64,000 bases of DNA from Haliotis rubra. Lineage: Eukaryota. Each line of letters starts with the position of its first letter. Positions within the stretch are counted from its first letter, which is position 1. The translations under genes were made by a program, and so were the position numbers. This document shows, piece after piece, positions 13,901-28,900 of the stretch. The notes beneath the pieces were generated by a model. That model did not search any database and had not been told where the DNA came from. It was given only the letters and a program-made list of their open reading frames with translations. The stretch is from contig NW_025767186.1 in NCBI RefSeq assembly GCF_003918875.1, forward strand, positions 620,001 through 684,000, given 5' to 3'.

Positions 13901-16900
13901 TAGTGTGTGACAAACTAACTAAATCTACAGTGTGTGGTTAGGAGGTAAATCAAAGTGCGTGATCAGACGATAACATAGCAAAGCTCTATGAATGCTCTCG
14001 TAGGTTTGTGTGAACCTAACAGCACTCTACAAATGCTCTTGGTACCGAGAACTATACACATACGGGTCTGCCAATGCTCTCGTTACTGAAGATTATGCAG
14101 GCAAAGCTGTACAAAGCCCTCGTTACTTAACGCCAAACAAAAAAGGTTCCACCTATACTCTCGTCAGCGAGTACCATCGACACAACGCACTACCAATGCT
14201 CTCTTCACTGACGACAACACCAATCACATTCTACGAAAGCCTTCGTCAGTGAGGACGATATACACGACGCTCTACCAACGCCCTCGTTACTGAAAACCAC
14301 ACTAACATCGTTCTACCAAAGTCCTCGTCACTGAGTACCATACACGTAACGATCTACAAATGCCCTCGTCATTGAGAACCACTCTAACAACGCTCTACCA
14401 ATGCTCTCGTCACTGAGGACCATACAGACAATGCGGTACCAATGCTCTCGTCACTGATGCCCATACACACAACGCTCTACCAATGCTCTCGTCACTGAGG
14501 ACCATACACCAAACGCTCTACCAATGTCATCGTCACTGGGTTCCATACACACAATGCTGTATCAATGCTTTCGTCACTGAGGATCATACACACACGCTCT
14601 ACCAATGCTTTCGTCACGGCGGACCATACATGCAAGGCTCTAAAAATGCCCTCGTCACTGAGGACCATACACACAAAGTTCTACCAATGCCCTGGCCACT
14701 GAGGACCATACACACAACACTCTGCCAATGCCCTCGCCACTGAGGATCATACACACAAAGCGGTACCAATGCTCTCGGCTCTGAGGACCATCCACACAAC
14801 GTTCTACCAATGCCCTCGTCACTGAGGACCATACACACAATGCGGTACCAATGCCTTCGTCACTGCGGACCATACACACAGAGCTCTGCCAATGCCATCG
14901 TCACTGAATACCACACTAACAACGCTCTACCAATGCCCTCGTCACTGCGGACCATCCACGGAGCGCTCTACCAATACCCTTGTCACTGAAAACCATACAC
15001 TAACAACGCTCTTCCAATGCCCTCTTCACTAAGAACGATATAACACAACACTCTACCAATGTCCTCGTCACTGAGGACCATACAAACAACGCTCTACAAA
15101 TGCCCTCGTCACTGAGGACCATACAAACAACGCTCTACCAATGCCATCGTCACTGGGTTCCATACACACAACGCTCTATCAATGCCCTCGCCACTGAAGA
15201 CCATACATACAAGGCTCTACCAATGCCTTCGTCAGTGAGGACCATACACACAACGGTCTACCAATGCCCTTTTCACTGAAGACCATACATACAACCCTCT
15301 ACCAATGCCGTCGTCACTGAAAACCACACTAGCAACGGTCTACAATTGCCCTCGTCACTAAGGACCATACACACAACACTCTACCAAAGTTCTCGTCACT
15401 GAGTACCATACACGCAACGGTCTACAAATGCCCTCGTCATTGAGAACCACACTAACAACGCTCTACCAATGCTCTCGTCACTCAGGACCATACACACAAT
15501 GCGGTGCTCTCGCCACTGAGGACCATACACCAAACGCTCTACCAATGTCATCGTCACTGGGTTCCATACACACAACGCTCTATCAATGCTTTCGTCACTG
15601 AGGATCATACACACACGCTCTACCAATGCCTTCGTCACTGTGAACCATACATACAAGGCTCTACCAATGCCCTCGTCACTGAGTACCATACACACAACGC
15701 TCTGTCAATGCCCTCGTCACTGAGGATCATACACACAACGCTCTACCAATGCCCTCGCAACTGAAGACCATACATAGAACGCTCTACCAATGCTCTCGTC
15801 ACTGAGAACCATACACACACACTCTACTATTGCCCTCGTCACTGAGGATCATACACACAACGCTCTACCAATGCCCTCTTCACTGAAGACCATACATACA
15901 ACGCTCTACCAATGCCGTCGTCACTGAAAACCACACTAACAACGCTCTACCAATGCCCTCGTCACTAAGGACCAGACACACAACACTCTACAAATGCCCT
16001 CGTCATTGAGAACCACACTAACAACGCTCTACCAATGCTCTCGTCACTGAGGACCACACACCAAACGCTCTACCAATGTCATCGTCAATGGGATCCATAC
16101 ACACAAAGCTCTACCAATGCCTTCGTCACTGAGGACCATACACACAGCGCTCTACCAATGCCCTCGTCACTGGGTTCCATACACACAACGTTATATCAAT
16201 GCCCTCGTCACTGAGGACCATACACTAAAAATGCTCTACCAAAGCTTTCGTCAATGAGGACTATACACACAATGCTCTACCAATACTCTCGTCACTGAGG
16301 ACCATACGCACAACGCTCTACGAATGCCGTATTCACTGAGAACCGTACACAGAACGCTCTACCAATGCGCTCGTCAGTGAGGACCATACACACAACGCTC
16401 TACCAATGGTCTCGTCACTGAATACCATACAAACAAGGCTCTACCAATGCCCTCGTCACTGAGTACCGCACGAACAACGCTCTACCAATGCTCTCGTCAC
16501 TGAGTACCATACACACAACGCTCTGCCAATGCTTTTGTCACTGAGGATCATACACACACGCTCTACCAATGCCATCGTCACTTACAACCACACTAACAAC
16601 GCCCTTCCAATGCCCTCGTCATTGAGAACCTTACATACAATACTCTACCAATGCCCTCGTTACTGAATACCACACTAACAACGCTCTACTAATGCCCTCG
16701 TCACTGAGGACCATACACAGAGCGCTCTACCAATACCCTTGTCACTGAAAACCATACACTAACAACGCTCTACCAATGCCCTCTTCACTTAGAACGATAT
16801 ACACAACACTCTACCAATGCCCTCGTCACTAAGGACCATACAAACAACGGTGTACCAATGCCCTCGTCACTGAGTACCGCACGAACAACGCTCTACCAAT

Positions 16901-19900
16901 GCCATCGTCACTGGGTTCCATACACACAACGCTCTAGCAATGCCCTCGTCACTGAGGATCATACCCACAACGCTCTACTAATGCCCTCGCCACTGACGAC
17001 CATACATAGAAGGCTCTACCAATGCCCACTTCACTGAAGACCATACATACAACGCTCTACCAATGCCGCCGTCACTGAAAACCACACTAACAACGCTCTA
17101 CCAATGCCCTCGTCACTAAGAACGATATACACAACACTCTACCAATGCCCTCGTCACTGAGGACCATAAAAACAACGGTCTACCAATGCCCTCGTCACTG
17201 AGAACCACACTTACAACGCTCTACCAATGCCATCGTCACTGGGTTCCATACACACAACGCTCTAGCAATGCTCTCGTCACTGAGAACCATACACCAAACG
17301 GTCCACCAATGTCCTCGCCACTGACGACCATACATAGAAGGCTCTACCAATGCCCACTTCACTGAAGACCATACATACAACGCTCTACCAATGCCGCCGT
17401 CACTGAAAACCACACTAACAACGCTCTACCAATGCCCTCGTCACTAAGGGCCATACACACAACACTCTACCAAAGTCCTCGTCACTGAGTACCATAAATG
17501 CAACGGTCTACAAATGCCCTCGTCATTGAGAACCACACTTACAACGCTCTACCAATGCTCTCGTCACTGAGGACCATACACACAACGCTCTACCAATGCT
17601 CTGGTCACTGAGAACCATACACCAAACGGTCCACCAATGTCATCGTCACTGGGTTCCATACACACAAAGCTCTATCAATGCTTTCGTCACTGAGGACCAG
17701 ACACACAATGCTCTACTAATGCTTTCGTCACTGAGGACCATACACACAACACTCTACCAATGGTCTCGTCACTGAGGACCATACACACAACACTCTACCA
17801 ATGGTCTCGTCACTGAGGACCATACACCCAACGCTCTACCAATGCCCTCGTCACTGAGGACCATACACTAACAACGCTTTATCAAAGCCTTCGTCACTGA
17901 GGAGCATACACACAACGCTCTACTAATGCATTCGTCACTGATTACCACACTAACACCGCTCTACCAATGCCCTCGTCACTGAGGACTATACACCTGGCGC
18001 ACTACCAATGCCCTCGTCCCTGAATACCACACTAACAACGCTCTACCATTGCTCTCGTCACTGAGTGCCATACACACAATGCGCTACCTATGCTCTCGTC
18101 ACTAACCTTTTCGGGCTTGCTTCCTTCCTATCACCATCACCTCACAGAGAGAGAGGTGATGGCTGTATTTTCTGACCCGAACGTACCGGCCAACAACATT
18201 AGGTTTGCATCTGATTATCACAGTGTGGCCACAGAGAATCGGCATCTGCCGCATGGCACACACTGTACCCGTTGATCTGGGGTTGCGGGGAGTAATACCC
18301 TCACCGTACACGATCACTTGTACGCCCTGCATGTTCCTACCTGTTCAAACAGTAGAGAATGGACGTGCTGGTTACCTGGTATGTTGCCTGTTTTCATCTT
18401 AGCAAGCTACATGCTCAATACAATATTGACTTGATCTGAAATACACTTTGATTCACTCAAGTTAGACTAGCTTTTCTCAGACCGACTGTCTTAACATGTA
18501 GCGAACATTATGCTTAGGATAGACTGGATAGTCCAGCAACTGTCATCATGGCATGACTAGAGTGACAGCAATTATTGTCAAGGCTAGACAAGATTAATAG
18601 ACAACGGGCATCATATGAAGGCAAGACTAGATTAACTTACAGCGAGTATCATGTCTGTTGGTGATGATGACTGTCTGGATCATGTAGATATCCTGTAGGT
18701 CGACCTGCCACCAGGGACTGGAGTCGTGCTGGTGGGACATGGAGCAGGCACTGCCAACAAAACTGTGGTCAAAGACCCCATCATTCGCCCTGGACGCAGA
18801 GTGTTTGTGTAACTGCTGGGCAGAGCTCAGGTAGGCGCGCTTGTTTATGGCTAGATTCTCCCTAGTGTCTGGAAGTATTTCACACCGACATTTCAGCAAC
18901 GACATTTCAGCAACAGCCATACCGTGGATACATGTAGTGGGTAGGTACACGTGTAGTGGGTACAGCTGTGTGTGACTGGGACGTGTAGTGGGTACAGCTG
19001 TGACTGGGACGTAGTGGTGGGTACAGCTGTGTGTGACTGGGGAGCTATGTGTGTAGTGTGGGTACAGCTGTGTGTGACTGGGACGTGTAGTGGTGTACTG
19101 GGCGTGTGTGTGTGTGACTGGGAGGGTAGGTACAGCTGTGTGTGACTGGGGCGTGTAGTGGGTACAACTCTGTGACTGGGACTGGGAGCGTGTAGGACGG
19201 TACAGCTGTGTGTGACTGTGACGTGTAGTGGGTACAGCTGTGTGACTGGGACGTGTGCACAGCTGTGTGTACTGTGACGTGTACAGCTGTGTGTGACTGT
19301 GGCGTGTAGTGGGTACAGCTGTGTGTGACTGGGACTGTGACGTGGTACAGAGTGGGTACAGCTGTGTGTGACTGGGGCGTGTAGTGGGTACAGCTGTGTG
19401 TGACTGTGACGTGTAGTGGGTACATCTGTGTGTGACTGGGACGTGTAGTGGGTACAGCTGTGTGTGACTGGGACGTGTAGTGGGTACATCTGTGTGTGAC
19501 TGGGACGTGTAGTGGGTACAGCTGTGTGTGACTGGGACGTGTAGTGGGTACAGCTGTGTGTGACTGGGGTGTAGTGTGTACAGCTGTGTGTGACTGGGAC
19601 GTAGTGTACAGCTGTGTGTGACTGGGGCGTGTAGTGGGTACAGCTGTGTGTGACTGGGACGTGTAGTGGGTGCAGGTTTGTGTGACTGGGACGTGTAGTG
19701 GGTACAGCTGTGTGAGACTGGGACTTGTAGTGGGTACAGCTGTGTGTGACTGGGACGTGTGATGTTTGTAGCTGTGTTTGACTGGGCGTGCAATGGGCAT
19801 GTGAGGCTACGGATATATACTCACCAAGACACATGGGGAGCGGCTTGTTCCATTTGCCACCCGGCAGACATTTGAGACGTTTCGCTCCAGCAACGGCGAG

Positions 19901-22900
19901 TCCATTGGTGCATTTGTTAATTGTGACGCGAGATCCTTCCTTCGTGTTGAATGATGACAAAACGTACTGTGTTCCTCCAAGGGACGGGCATTCTGAAACG
20001 GGTGCGATCACTCATGACACTTTTAGTTCTCTTAGTTGTATTTCTCTTATGGTCTGAATAACAAACAGGTACATAACACGTTTTGTTACTATGTATTATT
20101 TCATTATTTCGATCTTTTCGGCAAAACAATACTGATTTCAGTACTGTTCTCTGTGGGTGAGGTCTTCTTCGCAATGAACGTATGAGATGTAATTGAATAT
20201 GTTTATACATTCAAAGCATGCATGCTGTTTCTTTATTGATAAAGACATTTTTCCATGTAAAATCCGGGGAAAGTGGTGCGCTGTAAAAACGTATATATGG
20301 TTTTCTAAGGAGAGTTCTTTCTTGTATAAAAAGTGTCAGTGTGTCTATTATACATTTAACGCTGGCGTCCCAGGTGACAGAAACGCCATATGCTAGCGAT
20401 ATACACGTCCGTTAAACTGGCAGAAGAGAAGGGTTTAAATATATATACGTCAGTTAAACTGACAGAAGAGAAGGGTTTAAATATATATACGTCAGTTAAA
20501 CTGACAAAAGAGAAGGGTTTAAGCATATACATGTAAGTGTGACGTACCAGCTTTTTGCTTCGTGCCAGTCACCAGCACCTCGCACAGAACGAGAGATGGG
20601 CTGAGCTTCTCTATGACGACCTCACGGCCGACAATACCCTCACTACACCGGAAACGTTCTGTTCCACCACAACCTTTCACCTCAACGTTTTTAATGCAGT
20701 ATCTCGTAGTCTTTGCTCTCGTTTTCCGATCTTCGTTGATAACTTTGATGTTGAAACGACCTTGGCCTGAAATATGCCAAATTTGCAGACCTGTATAATC
20801 ACACTGCTTCACCATTTTATATCAAACCGACAGATCACAGGTATGGGTGTTTAACGCTACACGTTATCAGTTACCACACAGAAATCTACCAGTTCTTGGC
20901 CGGCGTTCTGTAAGTGAACTGGTTGACATACAGCCGATCGACATAAAGAACATCGATCTACGCAATGGGATGCAATGGCATCAACCTATCAGCGATGATG
21001 ACGACCCTATTTTAGAAGTAATCCCTAAGCATGTGGCAGTTAAAACCTGTATTCTCGCATTGTCACGGGGCAACGCTGTGTGTCCACCAACGATTTTGAT
21101 ATTTAACGCACATGTATCCTTGTCGTTCACGACAACGACGGTATTGATGGTGTGTACAGCACGGAGGACGACGCGCCACCATGGTCGCTTGTCGGCTGGT
21201 TGAGTTCTGGCACAGCGGGAAGGCGTCCTCCCTCCAGGGAACATTGCGTCCACGGCTAGACGAGCGGTATTGGTTCCCAGAGTACTTGACAGAACCGAAA
21301 GTCTCCGTAAAGCAACATCCGACTTCAAATCTGAGGGGAGAAGGGGAAAGGAGAAACCATGTGATACAGACTTCATGTTGTAACTCTGCACATCAATGGT
21401 TACAGCGTTACCTCATTGTCACAGGATGAACAGGGCAAACCCTTTCTCTGAAGAGTGATAGAGCTGGTATCAACACAAACTCGGTATATTGGGGGAACTG
21501 CTTTTGGAATTTTCTTTTAAAGGACCGATATGGGCAAACGTTCATTGTGCATGGCAGTAACAGCGGAGGCCACGGACTGGGTGTGAAGTGACTAACACCA
21601 GCTGCAGTCTCCTGGATGGGTGAGTTTATCTGTGCTTTAGTCAGTTTCAAAAGGTTGGGTGAGTTTATTTGTGTTTTAGTCAGTTTCAAAAGGTTGGGTG
21701 AGTTTCTCTGTGCTTTAGTCAGTTTCAAAAGGTTGGGTGAGTTTCTCCGCTCAGTTCCCTAAGCTTGGGTAAGTTTCGCTGAGCTACGGTCAGTTTTCTA
21801 AAGATAGACTTTCCCCGAGGCAGGGCGCAGTTTTCCAATATTGGCTGAGTTTTAAAAGTTTACGAAATTTGACATGGGAATAAGAGTAGTGTTGGTTCGA
21901 TATGGTCATTCTGGGAATGAGGGCACCGACGATCATACTGTGTTCTGTACGTGGTCTTGTCTAAGATCTCCACATTTTGGTGAGACACACATTGCTGTGG
22001 GTACACCCGTCAAACAGTATAGTAACCTCGCCATGTCTGTATGTGTAGTGTTGCGGAAACAGCCATGGTGTGCACACAACTGAATGAAATGTCCGAAGAT
22101 AACCGATGTGGTCGTATTGAATATATCGGTCTTCGCCACCAGCTTAGAGCCATGTTCTGATGCTGCAATGTGTTGCTACTGTAACCGGGCAACTGACAGG
22201 CTAAATACGTACGCCTTTGCTTAGATTATAAAGTTAGATTGGTTAAGTGACTTTAAACTGCAACTTTCGTTTGAAGGCGGGCACAGGTCAAGTCACATGG
22301 GTACTGACAAAGACTGAATAAGTGAGTGAGTTTATATATAGTTTTACGCCACACTCAGCAATATTCAAGCTATATGGCGGCGGTCTGTAAATAATTGAGT
22401 CCGAACCAAACAATCCAGTGATTAACAGCGCAATTGGGAACCGATGACATGTGTGAACCAAGTGAGCGAGCCTGACCACCCGATCCCGTTAGTCGCCTCT
22501 TACGACAAGCGTGGGTTACTGACCCTGACCTTCACGGGTCACTGACAAAGGGACCTAGATCAGTAGACATGTGAACATATAGACCTACCAATACACATTG
22601 GTGCAGATGTACCTAATAGTAGACATGGATAACAAAACACCTGTCAATATACCTGTACATAGCTGCACCTACCAATAGATGTACTAACAGTACATTTGGG
22701 TACAGATGTACTAAAAATACATTTAGGTACAGATGTACAAACAATACATTTGGTACAGATGTACAAACAATACACTTGGGTACAGATGTACAAACAATAC
22801 ACTTGGGTACAGATGTACAAACAATACACTTGGGTACAGATGTACTAACAATACACTTGGGTGCAGATGTACTAACAATACACTTGGGTACAGATGTACA

Positions 22901-25900
22901 AACAATACACAAAGGAGAAGATGTAATAACAATACACTTGGGTACACATGTACAAACAATACCTTTGGTACAGATGTACAAACAATACACTTGGGTGCAG
23001 ATGTACTAACAATACACTTAAGTACAGATGTACAAAACAATACACTTGGGTGCAGATGTACTAACAATACACTTGGGTACAGATGTACAAACAATACACT
23101 TGGGTACAGATGTACAAAACAATACACTTGGGTGCAGATGTACTAACAATACACTTGGGTACAGATGTACAAACAATACATTTCGGTACTGATGTACAAA
23201 CAATACACTTGGGTACAGATGTACAAACAATACACTTGGGTACACATGTACTAACAATACACTTGGGTACAGATGTACAAACAATACATTTCGGTACTGA
23301 TGTACAAACAATACACTTTGGTACTGATGTACAAACAATACACTTGGGTACTGGTGTTCTAACAATACATTTGGTACAGATATACGAAGAATACACTTGG
23401 GTACTGATGTACAAATAATACACTTTGCTGCAGATCTACAAACAATACACTTGGGTACAGATGTACAAACAATACACTTTGGTACACATGTACAAACAAT
23501 ACACTTTGGTACAGATGTACAAACAATACACTTGGGTACAGATGTACAAACAATACATTTGGGTACAGATGTACAAACAATACACTTGGGTACACATGTA
23601 CAAACAATACACTTGGGTACAGATGTACAAATAATACACTTGGGTACTGATGTAGAAATAATACACTTGGGTACTGATGTACAGACAATACACTTGGGTA
23701 CAGATGTACTAACAATACACTTGGGTACAGATGTACAAAGCAATACGCTTGGGTGCAGATGTACTAACAATACACTTGGGTGCAGATGTTACAACAATAC
23801 ACAAAAGAGCAGATGTACTAACAATACACTTGGGTACACATGTACTAACAATACATTTGGTACTGATGTACAAACAATACACTTGGGTACAGATGTACAA
23901 AGAATACACTTGGGTACAGATGTACAAACAATACATTTGGTACAGATGTACAAACAATACATTTGGGTACAGATGTACAAACAATACACTTGGGTACACA
24001 TGTACAAACAATACACTTGGGTACAGATGAACAAACAATACATTTCGGTACTGATATACAAACAACACACTTCGGTACTGATGTACAAACAATACACTTG
24101 GGTACTGGTGTTCTAACAATACATTTGGTACAGATAAACGAAGAATACACTTGGGTACAGATGTACAAATAATACACTTGGGTGCAGATGTACAAACAAT
24201 ACACTTGGGTACACATGTACAAACAATACACTTTGGTACTGATGTACAAATAATACACTTGGGTACTGATGTTCTAACAATACATTTGGTACAGATGTAC
24301 GAAGAATACACTTGGGTACAGATGTACGAAGAAGACACTTGGGTACAGATGTACAAACAATACTCTGAGGTACAGATGTACAAACAATACACTTGGGTAC
24401 TGATGTAGAAATAATACACTTGGGTACTGATGTACAAACAATACACTTAGGTACTGATATACAGACAATACACTTGGGTACAGATGTACTAACAATACAC
24501 TTGGGTACAGATGTACAAAACAATACACTTGGGTGCAGATGTACTAACAATACACTTGGGTACAGATGTACAAACAATACACAAAGGAGCAGATGTACTA
24601 ACAATACACTTGGGTGCACATGTACTAACAATACATTTGGTACAGATGTACAAACAATACACTTGGGTACTGATGTACAAACAATACACTTGGGTACAGA
24701 TGTACAAACAATACACTTGGGTACTGATGTTCTAACAATACACTTGGGTACAGATGTACAAACAATACACTTGGGTACAGATGTACTAACAATACATTTG
24801 GGTACAGATGTACGAAGAATACACTTGGGTGCAGATGTACTAAAAATACATTTGGGTACAGCTGGACCTACCAATGCACAATGGTACTGGGTTATCCCAG
24901 TGTCCAGAGCTGAGGCACTTGAGAGTTCTGTTTCCTGTGATGATTGACCCCGGTGTACACATCGTTGTGACCTCGCTGCCAGGACGTCTCTGTAGGCTGC
25001 TAAACATTACAGGCGGGAAGCCCTTCTCCACAGGTGGCGTGACGAGGGGAGGACATTCTATACATACAACACAATCCATGTATTCACCACACGACCCAAG
25101 ACTTCCAGGCATAGTGCTGTGTATTATAGTCTCCCGGTACAAATAATGCATGACGTCACTGTCAGTTCTAAGTAAGTGATTGAATTTAGTTATCCGTTGG
25201 ATGATTTCAAATTCTCAGAGAGGTCAAATGTGTATTGTATACCCCAAAATATAACTTCCTGGTGTATAATTGTTTATTGACAATGTCTGATAGGATGGCG
25301 TGTACCTTTGGCCCTAACTTCCTTTCCCTGAATGACGACCTCGCATAGAGTGAGGGTTGGGGAAGGCTTGTCTATGTACACACGGCTTCCCATGGTGTGC
25401 AGTGGGCATGAGAAGGAGCGCATCTCTCCACAGGCGAACTCCGGGGTGTTGGTGCCGCAGACAACAGGGGGGCGTCCACCCTCCTCAACCGCGATCGTGA
25501 TGTTAGAGAGGTGGTGGCCTGTTTAATAAGACAGCAAAGCTCATATTCAAAGTAATCAGCATTCTGATCCTAAGAAGACTAGGTATGACAACGAATTACG
25601 TTGTTCTGTATATCACAAAACAAAGTTGGTGATACGAATCAAACCAGAGCTCACAGCAGCAGTCGCGGCGGTTGACGACGATGACAGTAGCGACGCTGAA
25701 GCGCCCGCCCAGATCAACCGTCCACCGCGGGGTCGTGTCCAATGGTGCAGTAGTAGAGCAGGAACGGCCGTAGAGGCCTACCTCTCCGTCAACAGCATTC
25801 TTGGCTTGAGCAGGTTCCAGAGTGGAGGATTGGCTTGCCATCTTCAAGTATGCCAGGTTGGTTTTGATGTTTTCTACGAAACATGAAATCGTCATTTTTG

Positions 25901-28900
25901 TTTGTTCCAATCCGTTGATTGTTGAACGGACACACTTGTGTAGGCAACCACGTGTATCACAAAAACAAATGTACGTACTGACGTTTATATTGTATGTAAC
26001 TATGGTCACTGAAGGTGGAACTACTCCAAACGCTAATTTGATGAAGGGGACTCTGGAAACACGAACTTACTGCATGTGATTATCTCCCACCCTACTAGAC
26101 ACAACGTAGGCCAATAGTCTACTAACCAATGCAGATAGGTACGGGATTATCCCACTGAAGGTTGGGTAGACATTCTAGGTTTCTGGCGCCCATCAGAGTC
26201 CGTCCTTCCACACAGTCACCGACCTTCACCTTTGTCCCCACACTTCGCTTGTGTGTGGAAAAGGTTGGCAAGAAGATCTTCGAAGGGAAGTTATTGTTCT
26301 TCAAGACTGGGCACTCTGTAGAACAAGTTGACACGCAGCTCGTTTATCCAGGAAAAGTTGGATGTTACATGCAGTAGGAGTTTCTAACATGCAGTAGGAG
26401 TTTCTAACATGCAGTAGGAGGTTCTAACATGCGCCTTTAACGTCGTAATGTAGTGTCTATGTAATACACTATTACAAATAATCCAAGCTGACATTAGACT
26501 TTTAATTAGGAGCGGGACTGTCTTTAGAACAGGGGCTGATTCACACGATATTTAGGCGTTTGACTAGGTAAATGATGGCCAGTTAAATGACGAAATCTAT
26601 GGCCATCTTAAGTCTAACGACTAATGCAAATCTCCTTCAGGTGTCTTTGTTACACTGTTAACATTTTAATGTCATTTCGGAAATAAATATTAACAGTTGT
26701 GACACATCTGACTGTATAACACCAACGGTTATAATCGTGTAGTAAGATGACTTTGAAATGTCAATTGATTGGGGTTATTTGCCATGGTCTTGGTTCATCG
26801 GTGCGAGACTGGTCATTGTGTCCCGATACATACATCTACACATTCATTGTTATATCTACAGATGTACAGACACATACACCCCGAACTACTTGCTGCTGAG
26901 TCCCGTTCCTCAAAGCAATCGTAGCACTAAGATGATCGTAACTCCCACTTTAACCGAGCCTTACGACTGTCGTAGCGCTACGATCGCTTCGGGAACAAGA
27001 GGAACTGCTCTAACAGCTTTCTTCATCAATACCAGTAAGTAAAAATACTGGTCTACATGCTCGGTAAAAACTGATCATTTCATAAATACATGGCTTGCTG
27101 GAAGCAGTGCCCTCACAATGGATACATTGCTTGCTGGAAGCAGTGCCCTCACAATGGATACATTGCTTGCTGGAAGCAGTGCCCTCACAATGCATACATT
27201 GCTTGCTAGAAGCAGTGCCCTCACAATGCATACATTACTTGCTAGAAGCAGTGCCCTCACAATGGATACATTGCCTGCTGGAAGCAGTGCCCTCACAATG
27301 CATACATTACTTGCTGGAAGCAGTGCCCTCACAATGCATACATTGCTTGCTGGAAGCAGTGCCCTCACAATGGATACATTGCCTGCTGGAAGCAGTGCCC
27401 TCACAATGGATACATTGCCTGCTGGAAGCAGTGCCCTCACAATGGATACATTGCTTGCTGGAAGCAGTGCCCTCACAATGCATACATTACTTGCTGGAAG
27501 CAGTGCCCTCACAATGGATACATTGCTTGCTGGAAGCAGTGCCCTCACAATGGATACATTGCCTGCTAGAAGCAGTGCCCTCACAATGGATACATTGCCT
27601 GCTGGAAGCAGTGCCCTCACAATGCATACATTACTTGCTGGAAGCAGTGCCCTCACAATGGATACATTGCTTGCTGGAAGCAGTGCCCTCACAATGGATA
27701 CATTGCCTGCTGGAAGCAGTGCCCTCACAATTGATACCACTGCTAGTATGGACGATATATCAGCTGTACATGTACCTGTTCCTGTGACCAACTTGCCGTA
27801 GATCTCCACTTCACACAGTGCCAACCCAGGTATGGGCTGCTTTATCCACACATACCGACCCCACGTATTGAAACCACATCGCAACACTCGCTTCTCGCCG
27901 CAAGAGAAGGGTCGAAACGCAACGTCGCAGTTTCTGACTGAGTCATCATCTTCCTCTGGGACGTCTCTGTCCTTGCTGTCGACATCTATCGTGACGCCCT
28001 GGAGTCTCCCACCTTGAACAATAACATAGATGCTTTGTTAAGGAAAGGAATGCACATACGTATCTATATTTTGCATGACGTGAAAACTCATTACGATAAG
28101 CGTATGACTCGGTGTTTGGCCATATTCTACCACCGGAGGATTATTATTAGCATTAGAAGATCCGTGACAATACAGGTTATGATACAGTTACACACAGCTC
28201 TGTGTTCACAGCCAACAGCAACATCTTGTGTTTGCAAGAGAGGAGTTTACAAGAAAACAAGAGATGAATGCGCGGTTATGGTCCGGGAAAGCGAAACCTG
28301 GACCAAACCTCCTCAATTTAGGTGTCGCTTTTGCGTGAACGGTCAAGCTACAGTGAACCCTGAATTTAGCGTTTCCGGGACTCTCAATACACAAGAAAAA
28401 CCAAGAAATGTGACTCGTCGTCTGATACCGTAGTCATGGTAGAAAGGTAACCCTGACCTGCGCATTTGCCATTTTGATAAAGAAAAACACCGAGAGCTCT
28501 TTATATAGGGCATTTCAATCTCAGTTAATCTCAGTTAACAGGCTTCATAACTAAAATATTTAATCTTTAATTACCTTAATTGTTTGATCAAGAGGTACAG
28601 ATAAGCTGCGTATCTGCGTAAATTACGCAAACATGTATTTGAAAACTCAATTCCTTTCAAGTCTGTTGCGTACAAGTATGCTTGAATTTTTGTAAATACT
28701 CAATACATTTGATCTAACATGCGTACTGTAACGTTCAGCACACCTACTAGAATTTGAAGTAAGCAGACCCACGTGCTACAGATGGAGGTTACTGAGGATA
28801 GATAAAATAACTGAGGTACATTGAGGGGTTCTATTTCAGCACAAGAACTTGGCAACTTGCAGTCTTTCTTATCGTTTCTCATATTACAGATCAAATATAA

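Noticed and set aside
11705-18103. CRISPR-like appearance of the 41-bp arrays
   Set aside because: Units are contiguous with no unique spacers, there are no cas genes, and the context is a eukaryotic intron.
18893-19800. Long His/Thr/Pro-rich ORFs (388, 372 and 251 aa)
   Set aside because: A 32-bp intronic repeat between a GT donor (19824) and an AG acceptor (18869); only the flanking CCP and FTL parts are coding.
22613-24947. Cys-rich (VPKCIVCTS)n ORFs resembling metallothionein or keratin-associated proteins
   Set aside because: An intronic 27-bp array with frequent 26/28-bp units that shift frame; it starts after a valid donor.
27075-27775. ([12 protein letters not shown])n in-frame extension of FTL1b
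   Set aside because: It lies downstream of the CAG|GTACAT donor and is open in several frames. Intron retention cannot be excluded but is unsupported.
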